Positions 18,475 to 28,770 of a stretch of 64,000 nt of DNA are shown here, piece by piece. Every line of letters starts with the position of its first letter. Positions within the stretch are counted from its first letter, which is position 1. Under the pieces are notes generated by a model that was given only the letters and a program-made list of their open reading frames with translations, did not search any database and had not been told where the DNA came from. The position numbers were made by a program, and so were the translations under genes. The DNA lies in the NCBI GenBank assembly GCA_963729605.1, contig CAVSNY010000003.1, positions 320,001 through 384,000 of the forward strand, in the 5' to 3' direction. This DNA comes from an uncultured Gammaproteobacteria bacterium (lineage in GTDB: Bacteria > Pseudomonadota > Gammaproteobacteria > DRLM01).

Positions 18475-21471
18475 TCACGGCATCTCCTCCAGATAATCGA
18501 ACGGCCCGTTGTCGAGCAGCAGCAACTCGGCGGCGACGGCCTTGCCTTGCGCATCCACCGTCGCGGCGTCCGGGCTCAGACGCTGCTCCAGACCGATCGT
18601 GGCGCCGCGATAAAAACGGTCGAGGTCCACGCCCACTACGCCTTCGACCTCTTGCGCCGCGGCGATGACTTCCGAACGCGCCACGCCTTGGCCGAAGTCG
18701 CGCGCGTCGAACGAGAAGGTCTCGCGCAGCGCGGCCTCGACATCCGCCAGGACCTTCTTGCTCTCGAAGTCCGGGTCGCGTTTGATGCGCAGCGCGAGGC
18801 GAAATCTCGCCTCGCGGTAGGCCGCCAGCTCGCAGTGCACCAGCGGGTCGCCGTTCTGCTTGAGGGCGGCGAGCAGCTTGTTCAATGTGGTGGCCGGCGG
18901 TGATACACCGTCATCGCCGGCGACGGTGACGAATACCGTGCGGCCGGCGCGGGTGTTGAGCACGCGCACCTCGGCCTTGGCGAGGCCGGTGTAGGCGCGC
19001 GCGTAGTCCGCGTAGTCCTGCACCGACACCACGCGGCCGAGGGTGCGCACGCCGAGCGGCATATTGCGGCGCGCATGGGCGCTGCCGTCGGCATCGACGC
19101 CACCCGCCGCGGCTAGCGGGTTACTCACCGCCTTCAGGCCCAGCGGCCGGGTGAGCAGTTGCGAGAGTTGACCGGCCTGCACGTTGCCCGCCGCGCCCAA
19201 ACCCTTGCGATAGACGGCGCGCACATTGTCCTGACCGGTCGGCAGGCGCGCGCCGCGGCGGCCGTCGCCGAATTGAATCACGCCCGCGCCGTCTTCATCG
19301 ACGCGTAGCGCATAAACGCGGTCATTGCCGTCGGTTTGATAAAGCGTCGGCGCCTCATGCCAGAGCAGGTCGTTGACCCGCACCTCCAGCGCCGCCTCGG
19401 CGCCGCTCTCGTTTTCGGCGCCGACGTAGGTGAGCGGGGTATGTTTGAGCTTGAAACGCTGATGGCTTTGCCGGGCGGCGCCGCCGCCGAGGATCTGATG
19501 CACGGTCTCGCCGTGGGTGGCGAGCGCGACATTGGCGTAGAGAGTGACGGTGTCGCGCTGGTATTGCCCTTGCAGGGAGGTGGTGAAGTAGAGCTTGGTG
19601 GTATCGCCCGCCGCTTCGGTCTTGAGCAGGGTCAAGACTTCGCTCATGGTCGTGCCGTCGATAGTATCGCCGCTCAAGATGAGCTTGCGTCCCTCGGCGA
19701 GGTCCGCGACCGCGGTTTGCAGCGTAAGACTGTCGCCGGTCACCACGTCGGTGATCGGTGTCTCGGCGAGATCGAGCCGTTCACTCTGCGCGAATACCGC
19801 GGTCTCGCGCAATTTCTCGTTGAACAGTTCGCGCAGGTTCTCGCCCTTCAGCACCACTCGCGTGGTCTTGCCGGTGAGGGTGAAGCTCGCGCGAGCGTCC
19901 TCGCCCGCGCTGTCGACGCGATACAGCTCCTGATATTCGGGTATCGACAGCACCAGCCAGCCGCCGGCGACGATCTGCGCATAAAGCGCGTCGAGGTGAA
20001 CGGTGTGGACATTGCGCGGATAGAGCCGGTTTTGCGGGATGATCTCCTTGGCCAGCCCCGGCGGTGTCCAGAATAATTTAATCAGCGCCGCGCCGCCGTT
20101 CTCGTAATACTCGAGCCGGATGTCGTATTTCTTGCCGGCGACCAGCGCGATGCTGCCGCTGTTCTCCGTCGCGCCGTGATCGGTCCAGTTGTTGATGATC
20201 AGTTGATCGTCGACCCACAGGCGCACGCCGTCGTCGGACATGGTGTGAAAGCCGTAGCTGCCGGAGACGGGGGCTTGCACCCAGCCGCTCCAGCGCACCG
20301 AGAAAGTATCGCCGCCGATTTGCGGGGCGGGCGAGCCGCCGCCCCAGTCGAAGTTCACCGTGGCGTCGTTACGCGTGAGTTTGCGCGCCGAGAGATTCTT
20401 GTTGTCGAAATAGTCGCCGCAGAGGCCGCTGCCGGTGGCGGCGCCGGTGGGCGGATCGGAGATGTCGGCGATGGTGAAACCGGGCCATTCGCCGGCGGTG
20501 ATGGGATCGCTGGGGCCGAGGCCCAGATAGCCGCGCTTGATCGCGTCGGACATCACCCGCCAGTCGGGCGCGTTGTGGCCGAACAGCGAGGCGCGCTGGC
20601 GCAGCGCGTAGACCTTGGGATTCGCCGCCGGGGTAACGAATGGCGAAGCCGTGCCGAGGCCGCGCTCCAAGGTCACGACGGTATGATCGGCATCGGAATC
20701 GAGCTCCACCGCGGTGACACGGCGGAAATCCCAGTTCTCGTTGCCCGAGTCGTTTTCGCGTTCACTGCCGACCAAGAGCAGGGCATCGCCGGGTCTGAGC
20801 CGCGTCGCCGTGCCTTGCAGATAAAGGGTTTTGGTGCCGAACACCGGCAATATCAATTTACGGGTCTGCGGTTTGAGGGCATTCCACGCCGGCCGCGCCT
20901 CGATGCGCTCGATGGTCTCGAATGTTTGCGGCTTTTCATCGGGGCCGGGCATGCTCTGCACCTTGACGCCCATGTCCAGCGTGATCTTGGCGGGCACGCC
21001 CGAGGCCTGTTTGGGTTCAGCGCTCGCGGGCTGCGGCGGCGGCTCTTGCAAGGTGAAGGCGAGATAAGTCTCGGCGGCGACACCGGGTTTGAGGCGATAG
21101 CCGATCAGCCGCGCCAGTTCGCTCAGCGACAAGCGTTCGGTGGCGGTGCGCAAATAAGCCTCGTTGGCGAGACGCTCCTGATAGAAGCTCAACACATCGG
21201 CCATGCAGGCGTAGGCATCGAGCAGGGCGATGGAGAAATCATCGCCGTCGCGGGTGCGCAGCTTGGCGAGCGCGGGATGATCCTGCGACGACAGCCGCGC
21301 CCACAAGCTCGCGTACACCTCGGCATGGGTGCCGATGCGATAGGCGATGGCGGCGAGCCCGGGCCGGTTGTAGAGTACGGACGGCGCCTGCACGCTCACG
21401 CCGTCGCAGCCGCCGCAGCCGCCGCAGCCGCCGCAGGCGTCTTGAGGCGAGGATGTCGCGCTAATGGTCAT
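18475..21471 (-). CDS. Baseplate J-like assembly protein with internal PA14 domain
   Basis: DVLSFYQERLANEAYLRTATER, NVALATHGET, FGDGRRGARLPTG, RVVSVQDY; PA14 at about 20018-20433; start ATG 21471. Confidence 0.9.
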   Translation of the reverse strand: MTISATSSPQDACGGCGGCGGCDGVSVQAPSVLYNRPGLAAIAYRIGTHAEVYASLWARLSSQDHPALAKLRTRDGDDFSIALLDAYACMADVLSFYQERLANEAYLRTATERLSLSELARLIGYRLKPGVAAETYLAFTLQEPPPQPASAEPKQASGVPAKITLDMGVKVQSMPGPDEKPQTFETIERIEARPAWNALKPQTRKLILPVFGTKTLYLQGTATRLRPGDALLLVGSERENDSGNENWDFRRVTAVELDSDADHTVVTLERGLGTASPFVTPAANPKVYALRQRASLFGHNAPDWRVMSDAIKRGYLGLGPSDPITAGEWPGFTIADISDPPTGAATGSGLCGDYFDNKNLSARKLTRNDATVNFDWGGGSPAPQIGGDTFSVRWSGWVQAPVSGSYGFHTMSDDGVRLWVDDQLIINNWTDHGATENSGSIALVAGKKYDIRLEYYENGGAALIKLFWTPPGLAKEIIPQNRLYPRNVHTVHLDALYAQIVAGGWLVLSIPEYQELYRVDSAGEDARASFTLTGKTTRVVLKGENLRELFNEKLRETAVFAQSERLDLAETPITDVVTGDSLTLQTAVADLAEGRKLILSGDTIDGTTMSEVLTLLKTEAAGDTTKLYFTTSLQGQYQRDTVTLYANVALATHGETVHQILGGGAARQSHQRFKLKHTPLTYVGAENESGAEAALEVRVNDLLWHEAPTLYQTDGNDRVYALRVDEDGAGVIQFGDGRRGARLPTGQDNVRAVYRKGLGAAGNVQAGQLSQLLTRPLGLKAVSNPLAAAGGVDADGSAHARRNMPLGVRTLGRVVSVQDYADYARAYTGLAKAEVRVLNTRAGRTVFVTVAGDDGVSPPATTLNKLLAALKQNGDPLVHCELAAYREARFRLALRIKRDPDFESKKVLADVEAALRETFSFDARDFGQGVARSEVIAAAQEVEGVVGVDLDRFYRGATIGLEQRLSPDAATVDAQGKAVAAELLLLDNGPFDYLEEMP

Positions 21472-21517
21472 ATATTCTTCCCCTCTCCCTGTCCCTCTCC
21501 CGCAAGGGGAGAGGGGA

Positions 21518-21833
21518 CGTACATGCAAGGGTTTTGCTTGAAACCCCGATCTTGCCGCCGTCGATGATGAACACGCCCTCGTGAGGGAACGTGCATCCAA
21601 GACCTTCGCTCAAAACCCCTCTCCCCTCGCGGGGAGAGCGCAGCGAGGGGGGCGAAGCCGGTTGGGGAGAGGGGGCGTACATGCAAGAGTTTTGCTTAAA
21701 ACCCCGATCTTGCCGCCGCCGATGATGAACACGCCCTCGTGAGGGAACGTGTCTCCAAGGCCTACGCTTAAAGCCCCTCTCCCCTTGCGGGGAGAGCGCA
21801 GCGAGGGGGGCGAAGCCGGTTGGGGAGAGGGGG
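21518..21833. repeat. 158-bp tandem duplication containing CCCTCTCCC/GGGGAGAG palindromes
   Basis: CGTACATGCAAG... starts at 21518 and 21676; near-identical copies. Confidence 0.85.
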
Positions 21834-21912
21834 AGTGGATACAACTCGGATACTCCGGCTTTATCCCTCGCCGCGTCCATCGTCGATGGACATGAGGCAT
21901 GACACGGCCCGC

Positions 21913-24658
21913 TCATTTTCCACCTCCCACCGACAGTTTCAACACACCGCGTTCCGGAAAATTGGGATCGTTGTCGAGTCGTGCGATCTCCAGGCGGTCC
22001 AGGTTCAGCACGCCGTCGTCCAAGGGTTTCGGGTCCGGAAAACGCAGGCGCTGAAAGCTGTCGATCACCACCGAGGCCACGCCTTGCACCGCCTGCGCCG
22101 CTTGGTACAGCGTGCTGAGATACACGGGTTGACCGAAGGTGAAGTTGTCCGGATGGAACAGGGCGCGTGAGCCGTCGGCCAGCCAGCCGCGGCTGAACAC
22201 CCGCATCAGCGCGGCGCGCACGTCGGCGCGGAAATAATCGGGTTTGACGCACACCGTCATCGCCACCTGCAACGGCACGTAGCGCGGACCGTCGACTTCG
22301 AGATCGTAGCCCGCCATGCGGTAGCGCTCGACGTGTTCGCGTATCCCTTGTTCATATTGCGCGTCCACCTCGCCGCCGCCCTTGCGGTCGACGGTGAGAA
22401 ATACCGTGTGCCAGCTGCCGGTCCAACGGAAACTCGCGGCGGCGCGCTGCACGCCGGCATGGCGCTCGGTGATCTCGGCGTAATCGGCCGGGGTGACGGC
22501 GCGCTCCTGCACGCGAAAGGCCTCGGGCGCATCGCGGCGGATGTCCTCGGCGCTCTCCGGCTCGCTGCCGCCCTGCGCCGGCAGCGGATTGGCGATGCGC
22601 AACAGGCGCGCGTCGTTACTGACGACGTGCGCCAGCGAGTCCAGGCCGATATTGCCGGCCGCCCCGTTACCGATGCGGTAAGTCGCGGTGAAATGCGGTG
22701 CCGCTGTCCGGGCGTTTGCCATGGACGTCGTCGCCGAAACGCAGCAGGGCGCTGCCGTCGTGTTCGCTCTCCACCACGAATTCGCTGGCGGCCGCGTCGC
22801 TCGCGAGCAGGTCGAGGCGCGGCCGCCACGTATCGGGCGTGCCTTGATAAAGACTGGCGAGCGTGATGGCCGGCCGCGCGCGCCGCGGGTCGGCGGCGGT
22901 GATCAGCGCGGCGGCGGCATCCAGTGGATACACCAGCACCAACCCGCCGGCGAGCCGCAGGCGATAGGCATCGACGCCGTCGGCCACCGACCACAGGCCG
23001 TCGCCGCCTTGCACGACCGCCGGGCCCGCGTCCAACACCACGCCCTGCGCCTGCAAGGCCGCGCGCAGCGCCGGCGTGAACGCGCGCGTCTGCAAGGCGG
23101 TGATGACGGCCGCCGTCGCGGTGAAGGTGAATAATGGCGCGGCGGTGAGCGGCAGGGCGCGGGTGAGCGGCCGTTCCGCGAGTGGTGGCCGGAAACGCGG
23201 CGGTACGCCTTGCAAGGGCGGTCGTTCGCAACTCAGCGTCTCGTTCACCGTCGCGAGCGTGAGCCGCGAGGCGGACACCTCGCCGAGGTCTTCGCCCGCG
23301 AGGGTGCGGCCGTGATCGGCGAGCACGATGTTGCCGTAAGCGACGCTGACTTCGTCGAGATAGACCGCGCCTTGATCCTGGTCGGTGATCGTGGAGAGAC
23401 ACAAGGGAAGGGGCAGCGCGTCGTGTTCCGCCCACTGTATCTCCGTCACGTCCAGCGGATCGTTGTTGGGCACCGGCAGGAACAGGCCGCCCGACGGGTC
23501 TTGCGCGAGGCGCGCGTCGGTGAGGCGCACGGCGCAACGGTGCGCGCGGGCGGCGTCCTCGGCGCGACCGGTGCGCGGCCCGAACTCTTCGGCGAACACC
23601 AGCACGTCGCCGGCCTTGAGGTTGGGATAACGGCCCGCGAGCGTGGCGCGCGTCGCGCCCTTGGGCAGGCAGCATTCGCGTTCGCCCCAGCTGTAGAACG
23701 TGATGCGCTCGTGCGCCTGATAGAGCAGGGTGTCTTCCACCGTCTCGAACACCACCGGGCCGAGCGCCAGGGCATCGCGCAGTTGATCGCCGGCGGGCGC
23801 GATGCGTTCCGGCAGATCGGCGACGCGGCTCAGCAGCGGCGTGGCGCGCGGCAACGGCACGCCGTCGTCGTTGACGAACACCCGCACCCAGACGCGCGCG
23901 TTGCAGCCTTCGTGTACTTGATAATCCACTAGGCGCGCGTGGCGGCGCAGCGAAATGCGGCGGCGCGCGGTGCCGAGATAGGCCTCGGTGGCGACGGCAT
24001 CCTGCTGATACGAGAGTTGATCGCCGACGTAGGCCAGCAGCTCTACCAGGGTGACGCCGGCATCGGCGGGATTGCGGCTCCGCCATTCGGGCATCAGCAC
24101 GCTCATGCGGTCGAGCATCAGGCGGCGGAAGCTCGGGTAGTCCTTGGCGAGATAGTCGAGGCGCGGATTGATCGCGGGCGGGGTGGGACAGGGCGTGGCG
24201 CTCGCGCAGTCGAAGTCGGACTCGCACTGCACCTTGAAGGAAAACTGGATTTCACTGAGACGCGGATCGAAGCCCGCGGGCGGTGCATTGCTGCCGGCAC
24301 CGCTCACCAGCCGCAGGTTGTAAATCGAGAAATCGCCGTAAAACTGGGTGCGGATCACCAGGAATTCGTTGAGCGGCGCGAGGCCGTCGACCAGGCTCGC
24401 CGGTTCGCCGGCGGGCAGGGCGTCGGCGACCGCGATCCAGTCGATGTCCACCGTCTTGATGCGCTCGCCGCCGTCGATGCGGATATTCTCTTTACCGAGC
24501 GAGGGCACCGGCCGCAGAAATTTCACGAACAGCGTGAGCTGGCGGGTGACATCGCCGGGGAAGCCGCTGTCGCGCACCTCGAGATAGTCGAGGCCGTTGA
24601 GCGTGCCGTTGAGCTTGACGACATCGAGGCGGCGTTGGTCGCAGCAGTGATATTTCAT
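21913..24658 (-). CDS. Baseplate J-like assembly protein; frameshift near 22690
   Basis: DYLAKDYPSFR, LSYQQDAVATEAYLGTARRR, LRFGDD; continues as FTATYRIGNG..QERAVTPADY in another frame. Confidence 0.88.
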
Positions 24659-24680
24659 AATAATGCGCCTCCCGCCGCCG

Positions 24681-25049
24681 TCATATCGCGCCTCCCGGTG
24701 CGTTGATCCGCGCCGTACCGCGCTGCCGGCTGCGGTTTTCGATGTATTGCACGGTGATGAGCAGCGCGCCGTCCTGCGCCTCCACGCCCACCGCCTCGAC
24801 GGTGATGAGATCGCTCAGCCATTGCTGCAAGGCGCCCTGCACCAGGAATTGGGTGGTCGCCGCGACTTCCGGACTCGCGGCGGCGAACACCAGTTGCATC
24901 ACGCCGCTGCCGAAACCGGGCCGCATCACCCGTTCGCCCGGCGCGGTGAGCAAGACCTGTTCGATGAGATCGCGGATATGGCCGGAGCTGTCGGTCTCCG
25001 CCGTGCGGCCGCGGCCGTCGAAGTGGAAGGGATAGTCGATGTTGCTCAT
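24681..25049 (-). CDS. GPW/gp25 baseplate protein
   Basis: IDYPF, IEQVLLTAPGERVMRPGFG; start ATG 25049. Confidence 0.9.
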   Translation of the reverse strand: MSNIDYPFHFDGRGRTAETDSSGHIRDLIEQVLLTAPGERVMRPGFGSGVMQLVFAAASPEVAATTQFLVQGALQQWLSDLITVEAVGVEAQDGALLITVQYIENRSRQRGTARINAPGGAI

Positions 25050-25363
25050 GTCGCAAGCACCCGGGGTTGCACGACCAAAGGCAATAAGCCGGTGCCCGTT
25101 GGCACACACACCGCCGTGCCGGTTTGCAACAATACCGGCGCGCCGCCCGCCAGCACCCGCACCGCGCCCACCACCCATTGCGCGGTGACGCAGGGCGGGT
25201 TGGGTGTGCCGGTGAGGGCACAGCCGGTGATGGCGTACGGCGTGGTCAGCGTAGTCACCGGCTGGCCGCTCACCAACACGCGCGGAAACGGCGTGAGCGG
25301 TGTCGCCGGCCCCGCGTGCATGCAGGTGATCGTGGCACCGAGATGGAGGATGGGCGCGGGCAT
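25046..25363 (-). CDS. PAAR-like spike tip protein
   Basis: LHLGATITCMHAG, GC..PPC, CVPTG metal-binding residues; position after the spike gene. Confidence 0.8.
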   Translation of the reverse strand: MPAPILHLGATITCMHAGPATPLTPFPRVLVSGQPVTTLTTPYAITGCALTGTPNPPCVTAQWVVGAVRVLAGGAPVLLQTGTAVCVPTGTGLLPLVVQPRVLAT

Positions 25364-25387
25364 TAGTGTTTGCTCTCGATCTTTCTA

Positions 25388-25645
25388 CCCCTCTCCCCCG
25401 GCCGGCTTCGCCCCCCTCGCTGCGCTCTCCCCTCAAGGGGAGAGGGGAGGAAAGAGAGGGTCGCGGTTCGATGCTGTTCTACGTCTTTATAAATGAGTTG
25501 ATTTAAAACCCCTCTCCCTTCAAGCGAGAAAGGTCGGGGAGAGGTGCTGGGGGAGAGGGTGGCGGTTCGATGCTGTTTTACGTCTTTATGAATGAGCTGC
25601 TTTAACACCTCTTTCTCTTCAAGCGAGAGGAGTCGGGGAGAGGGG
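25388..25645. repeat. Palindrome cluster with about 99-bp degenerate tandem duplication
   Basis: GCGGTTCGATGCTGTT at 25463 and 25562; CCCTCTCCC...GGGAGAGGG hairpins. Confidence 0.75.
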
Positions 25646-25695
25646 AATAAATTCACTGCACCGGCGCTGTTCGTCATGCTGCCTATCTCCTTTCC

Positions 25696-26211
25696 CTATA
25701 CCACCGTGAGTGCGCCGAGATTGATGTCCACCGTCGGCCCGGTGAGATTGATCACCGCGCCCTTGCCGTTGGAAATCAGGATGCCGATGTCGGTCACCGA
25801 GATCATGGCGCCGGTCGCGGTCTGGATCTGGATGCCGCCGGTGGGGCCCGGCACATCGCTGATGACGATGCCGTTCTTGAGTGGTGTCTGCAGGGTGATG
25901 CCCGGCACCACCGGCGGCACCATGCGCGACAGCACCGGCACCTCGGCCGCCGTGCCCCAGAATCCGCCGACCCAGATCGGATAGTCGGGATCGCCCTGTT
26001 CGAACTCCACCCACACGCCGGAGCCGATCAGTGGCAGGGTGAACATACCCATATTGATGCCCGCCACCGGTGCGCAGGGCATGGCCCAGCTCGACAACAT
26101 CAGGTTCGACACGTCGGGCACCATCACTTGAATGCGGGCGATCTGCATGGGGTCGATGTTGTTGACCACCGTGCCGCGGTATTTGCCGTAGTAGTGCTTG
26201 CTCTCGCTCAT
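25696..26211 (-). CDS. Phage baseplate assembly protein V / gp5 OB-fold (VgrG C-terminal half)
   Basis: YYGKYRGTVVNNIDP, WAMPC, VWVEFEQGDPDYPIWVG. Confidence 0.92.
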   Translation of the reverse strand: MSESKHYYGKYRGTVVNNIDPMQIARIQVMVPDVSNLMLSSWAMPCAPVAGINMGMFTLPLIGSGVWVEFEQGDPDYPIWVGGFWGTAAEVPVLSRMVPPVVPGITLQTPLKNGIVISDVPGPTGGIQIQTATGAMISVTDIGILISNGKGAVINLTGPTVDINLGALTVV

Positions 26212-26345
26212 CGTGGCCTCTGACTCTCGTCTTCTTTAAGCCCCTCTCCCCTTGAGGGAAAGGAGAGGGTGAGAGAGCAACACCCTGCGCGATCTCTGCA
26301 ATCTGGCCCCTCTCCCCTTGAGGGAGAGGGGAGGGGGAGAGGGGA

Positions 26346-26450
26346 AGTGGAAAAATACTCCGCAATCCTTTCCAGCACCGCCACCGTTTCATTCAACACT
26401 TCGGTGTTCCAAAAACGCAGCACGCGAAAACCATGTTTATTCAACGTCAT
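26346..26450 (-). pseudogene. C-terminal fragment of a DUF559 (Vsr-like) endonuclease flanked by palindromes
   Basis: LNKHGFRVLRFWNTEVLNETVAVLERI matches the DUF559 C-terminal motif. Confidence 0.75.
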
Positions 26451-26603
26451 TTTTATTTCTCCCCCTCTCCCCCGGCCCCTCTCCCGCGAGGGGAGAGGGG
26501 GGGAAGCGCGATGTCCTGAAAGCCATGAGATGAACTGTTTCAAAGCCCCTCTCCCTTGATGGGAGAGGGGGTGGGGAGAGGGTGAGATAATTCAAGCCCT
26601 CGC

Positions 26604-27734
26604 TCATGCCGGCACCCTCGCTACGGTGGACAACAAACCATTGCGCACCAGCGTGAAACCCTGTTTGTATTCGCCGTGTTTGATGCTGTGAGTGACGCTT
26701 TTGACGTAATAGAGTCCGTCATACGCCGCGCCGACGCCGCGCACGCCCACCAGTTGCCGCGCCTTCAATATCCGGCCGTAGCGCACCACGTTGAGCGTAC
26801 CGGTGCCGGTCACCGCATCGGCGTGTTGCGAGGCGTAGGCGAGTCCGGTCATCACCGCGCTCAACGGCGACTGCTTGGCGGTGTCGTTGAGAAATTTGAT
26901 CTTGGGCGGCAGCGGCGGCACCAGACCGAGCGGCGGATTGAGCGGCGTGATGTCGGGGATGGGAATCGGGATAGGAATCTTGGTGGCCTGATTCTGAATG
27001 AAGACCACCGGCAGTTCCTTCGTTTCTTTATCGAAAGTAAACGACAGCGACTCCACGTTGGTATGCGCGTCCATGTCGGTGTTGAGCGCCGGTTGCGGCG
27101 CGCCCACTTTGATCTCCGGTCCCCAATAGGCGCGGCTGGTGCCGGGCAGCGGGCCGGGGTCGATATAAAACACATAGCCCGCTTCGAGCGCGAGCCGCTT
27201 CACATAGCCGTAGTCCGTGCCTTGCTGGCGCGGGATGCGTTCGATGGGGATGGGGATATCTTCCACCACGCTCGGGATCACCAGCGGTATCACGCCGAAG
27301 GCGGCGTATTTGGCGAGGGTGATCAACACCCGCAGCGCCGGCGGCATGGCGGGGAAGGGGATGCCGTCGAGTTCGATGAAGTCCATCAGCGCGCTGAGAT
27401 CCTTGCCCTTCACCACCAGCGTGGATTTGCCGCCGCCGGCGCCGGGCCGCACCTCGTGATGGGTCATCACACCGTCCATCAGCACCTCGGCGTTGGCGCC
27501 CATCATCGCCACGATCACGACGCGCACGATGGGAATACCGCCACCGCCGGTGAGCAGAAACAACGTGTGCAGCGGCGAACGTTTGGACAGCGTGAAGGTG
27601 AGTTCGAAACCGCTTTGAGTATCGCCGCCACTCACCTGCACCTGCACCTGTTCCAGCGCCTCGATCACCTCGCGCGGCGCCGGGATGGGTACGGCGGGGC
27701 CGATGTAGAGTTGCAGGTTGATCCCCTTAAGCAT
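26604..27734 (-). CDS. gpD/gp27-like hub protein (VgrG N-terminal half)
   Basis: GFELTF, GKDLSALMD, GTGTLNVVRYG, YDGLYYVKSVTH; start ATG 27734. Confidence 0.85.
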   Translation of the reverse strand: MLKGINLQLYIGPAVPIPAPREVIEALEQVQVQVSGGDTQSGFELTFTLSKRSPLHTLFLLTGGGGIPIVRVVIVAMMGANAEVLMDGVMTHHEVRPGAGGGKSTLVVKGKDLSALMDFIELDGIPFPAMPPALRVLITLAKYAAFGVIPLVIPSVVEDIPIPIERIPRQQGTDYGYVKRLALEAGYVFYIDPGPLPGTSRAYWGPEIKVGAPQPALNTDMDAHTNVESLSFTFDKETKELPVVFIQNQATKIPIPIPIPDITPLNPPLGLVPPLPPKIKFLNDTAKQSPLSAVMTGLAYASQHADAVTGTGTLNVVRYGRILKARQLVGVRGVGAAYDGLYYVKSVTHSIKHGEYKQGFTLVRNGLLSTVARVPA

Positions 27735-28089
27735 CGCTCGCCCCCGGCACGCCTTCCGGCAGTGTGATGGCGATGGGTGCGCCCGGCGCCGCGGTGAGTT
27801 CCGCGGGTCGCAGCGCGCCGTTGGCATCGCATAACCGCCAATAGAGTTCCGCGTCGCCGAGATAACGCGCGGCCAAATTATCGAGGCGGTCGCCCTGGGT
27901 TACCGTGTGGAGTTGCAACACCGCGAAATTCTCCGGCGGCGGCACGAATCGGCGTTTGAGATAGGCGACGGGTTCCTGATTGGTTTGTTCGAGGGTCGTC
28001 ACCGCAATGCCGTGATACCGGCTATTGGACGGAAACGGCGAGGTGTTCAGCACCCCCGCTTGCAATAAGGCCTGTAAGGGATCGCTCAT
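27727..28089 (-). CDS. LysM-domain eCIS protein
   Basis: SRY, HTVTQGDRLDNLAARYLGD..YWRLCDAN. Confidence 0.9.
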   Translation of the reverse strand: MSDPLQALLQAGVLNTSPFPSNSRYHGIAVTTLEQTNQEPVAYLKRRFVPPPENFAVLQLHTVTQGDRLDNLAARYLGDAELYWRLCDANGALRPAELTAAPGAPIAITLPEGVPGASDA

Positions 28090-28748
28090 GACAATGCCTC
28101 CAAACCCAAGGTCGCCAAGCTCGCGCCGGGCGCCTTGCCCGCCAGCGCCTCTTTGTTTTTGAGATAACTCATGAACAGGCTGCCGCCCTTGTGGCTGAAG
28201 CCGAGATCGTCCACCGACAACACCCGCATGCCGAGACTCACCTTGGCGCGGATGGGATTGAGCAGCGGGTCGAAGGCCTCTTCGGTGACGGAAAACTCCG
28301 TGATACGCACCGGCACCGCACGCTGCTTGCTCCAGACGAAGATCGTGAGCGCCGCCTCCATCGGCACGATCTCGAGCGCGCCGCCGCCGGCGAGCGTATT
28401 GTTCGCCTGCAAGGCACCGCTGCTCGGATAGATCAGCGTCTCCAGCGCCGCGAGTTGCGGGTGGATGCCGTGCTGTACGGCGGTGCGGTGTTGATCCGGG
28501 AATTCGAGCTGATCGGTCGCGTCGATTTCGGCCTCGAGCTTCAATGTCTCGATGGGCGGCCCCTTCACACGCAGCGCCTCGGAGCGGTCGCCGCCTTCGG
28601 CCGTGAAGGCCTGCACCTGCAAGGACCGATTCAAACTGTCGGGGTTGTATTGCAGCGAGATCACGCGCAGCACCTGGCCGCTGGACGGGTCCATCAACAC
28701 GAGGCCGCCTTTGAGCAGGGGAGGTGAGCCGGGAAACGTGGTCGTCAT
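28086..28748 (-). CDS. CIS tube initiator-like protein
   Basis: LQYNPDSL.RSLQ, FVWS..R.VPVRITEFSVTEEAFDPLLNPIRAKV. Confidence 0.85.
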   Translation of the reverse strand: MTTTFPGSPPLLKGGLVLMDPSSGQVLRVISLQYNPDSLNRSLQVQAFTAEGGDRSEALRVKGPPIETLKLEAEIDATDQLEFPDQHRTAVQHGIHPQLAALETLIYPSSGALQANNTLAGGGALEIVPMEAALTIFVWSKQRAVPVRITEFSVTEEAFDPLLNPIRAKVSLGMRVLSVDDLGFSHKGGSLFMSYLKNKEALAGKAPGASLATLGLEALS

Positions 28749-28770
28749 GCCGTCATTCCTTTTGATCGAG

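Noticed and set aside
21406-21436. 9-bp GCAGCCGCC repeat (CGGCGGCGGC peptide) as a phase-variation switch
   Set aside because: The unit is a multiple of 3 and Cys-rich N-termini are usual in these baseplate proteins
22257-24227. 656-aa Arg-rich same-strand ORF
   Set aside because: Alternate frame of the baseplate gene with low-complexity translation
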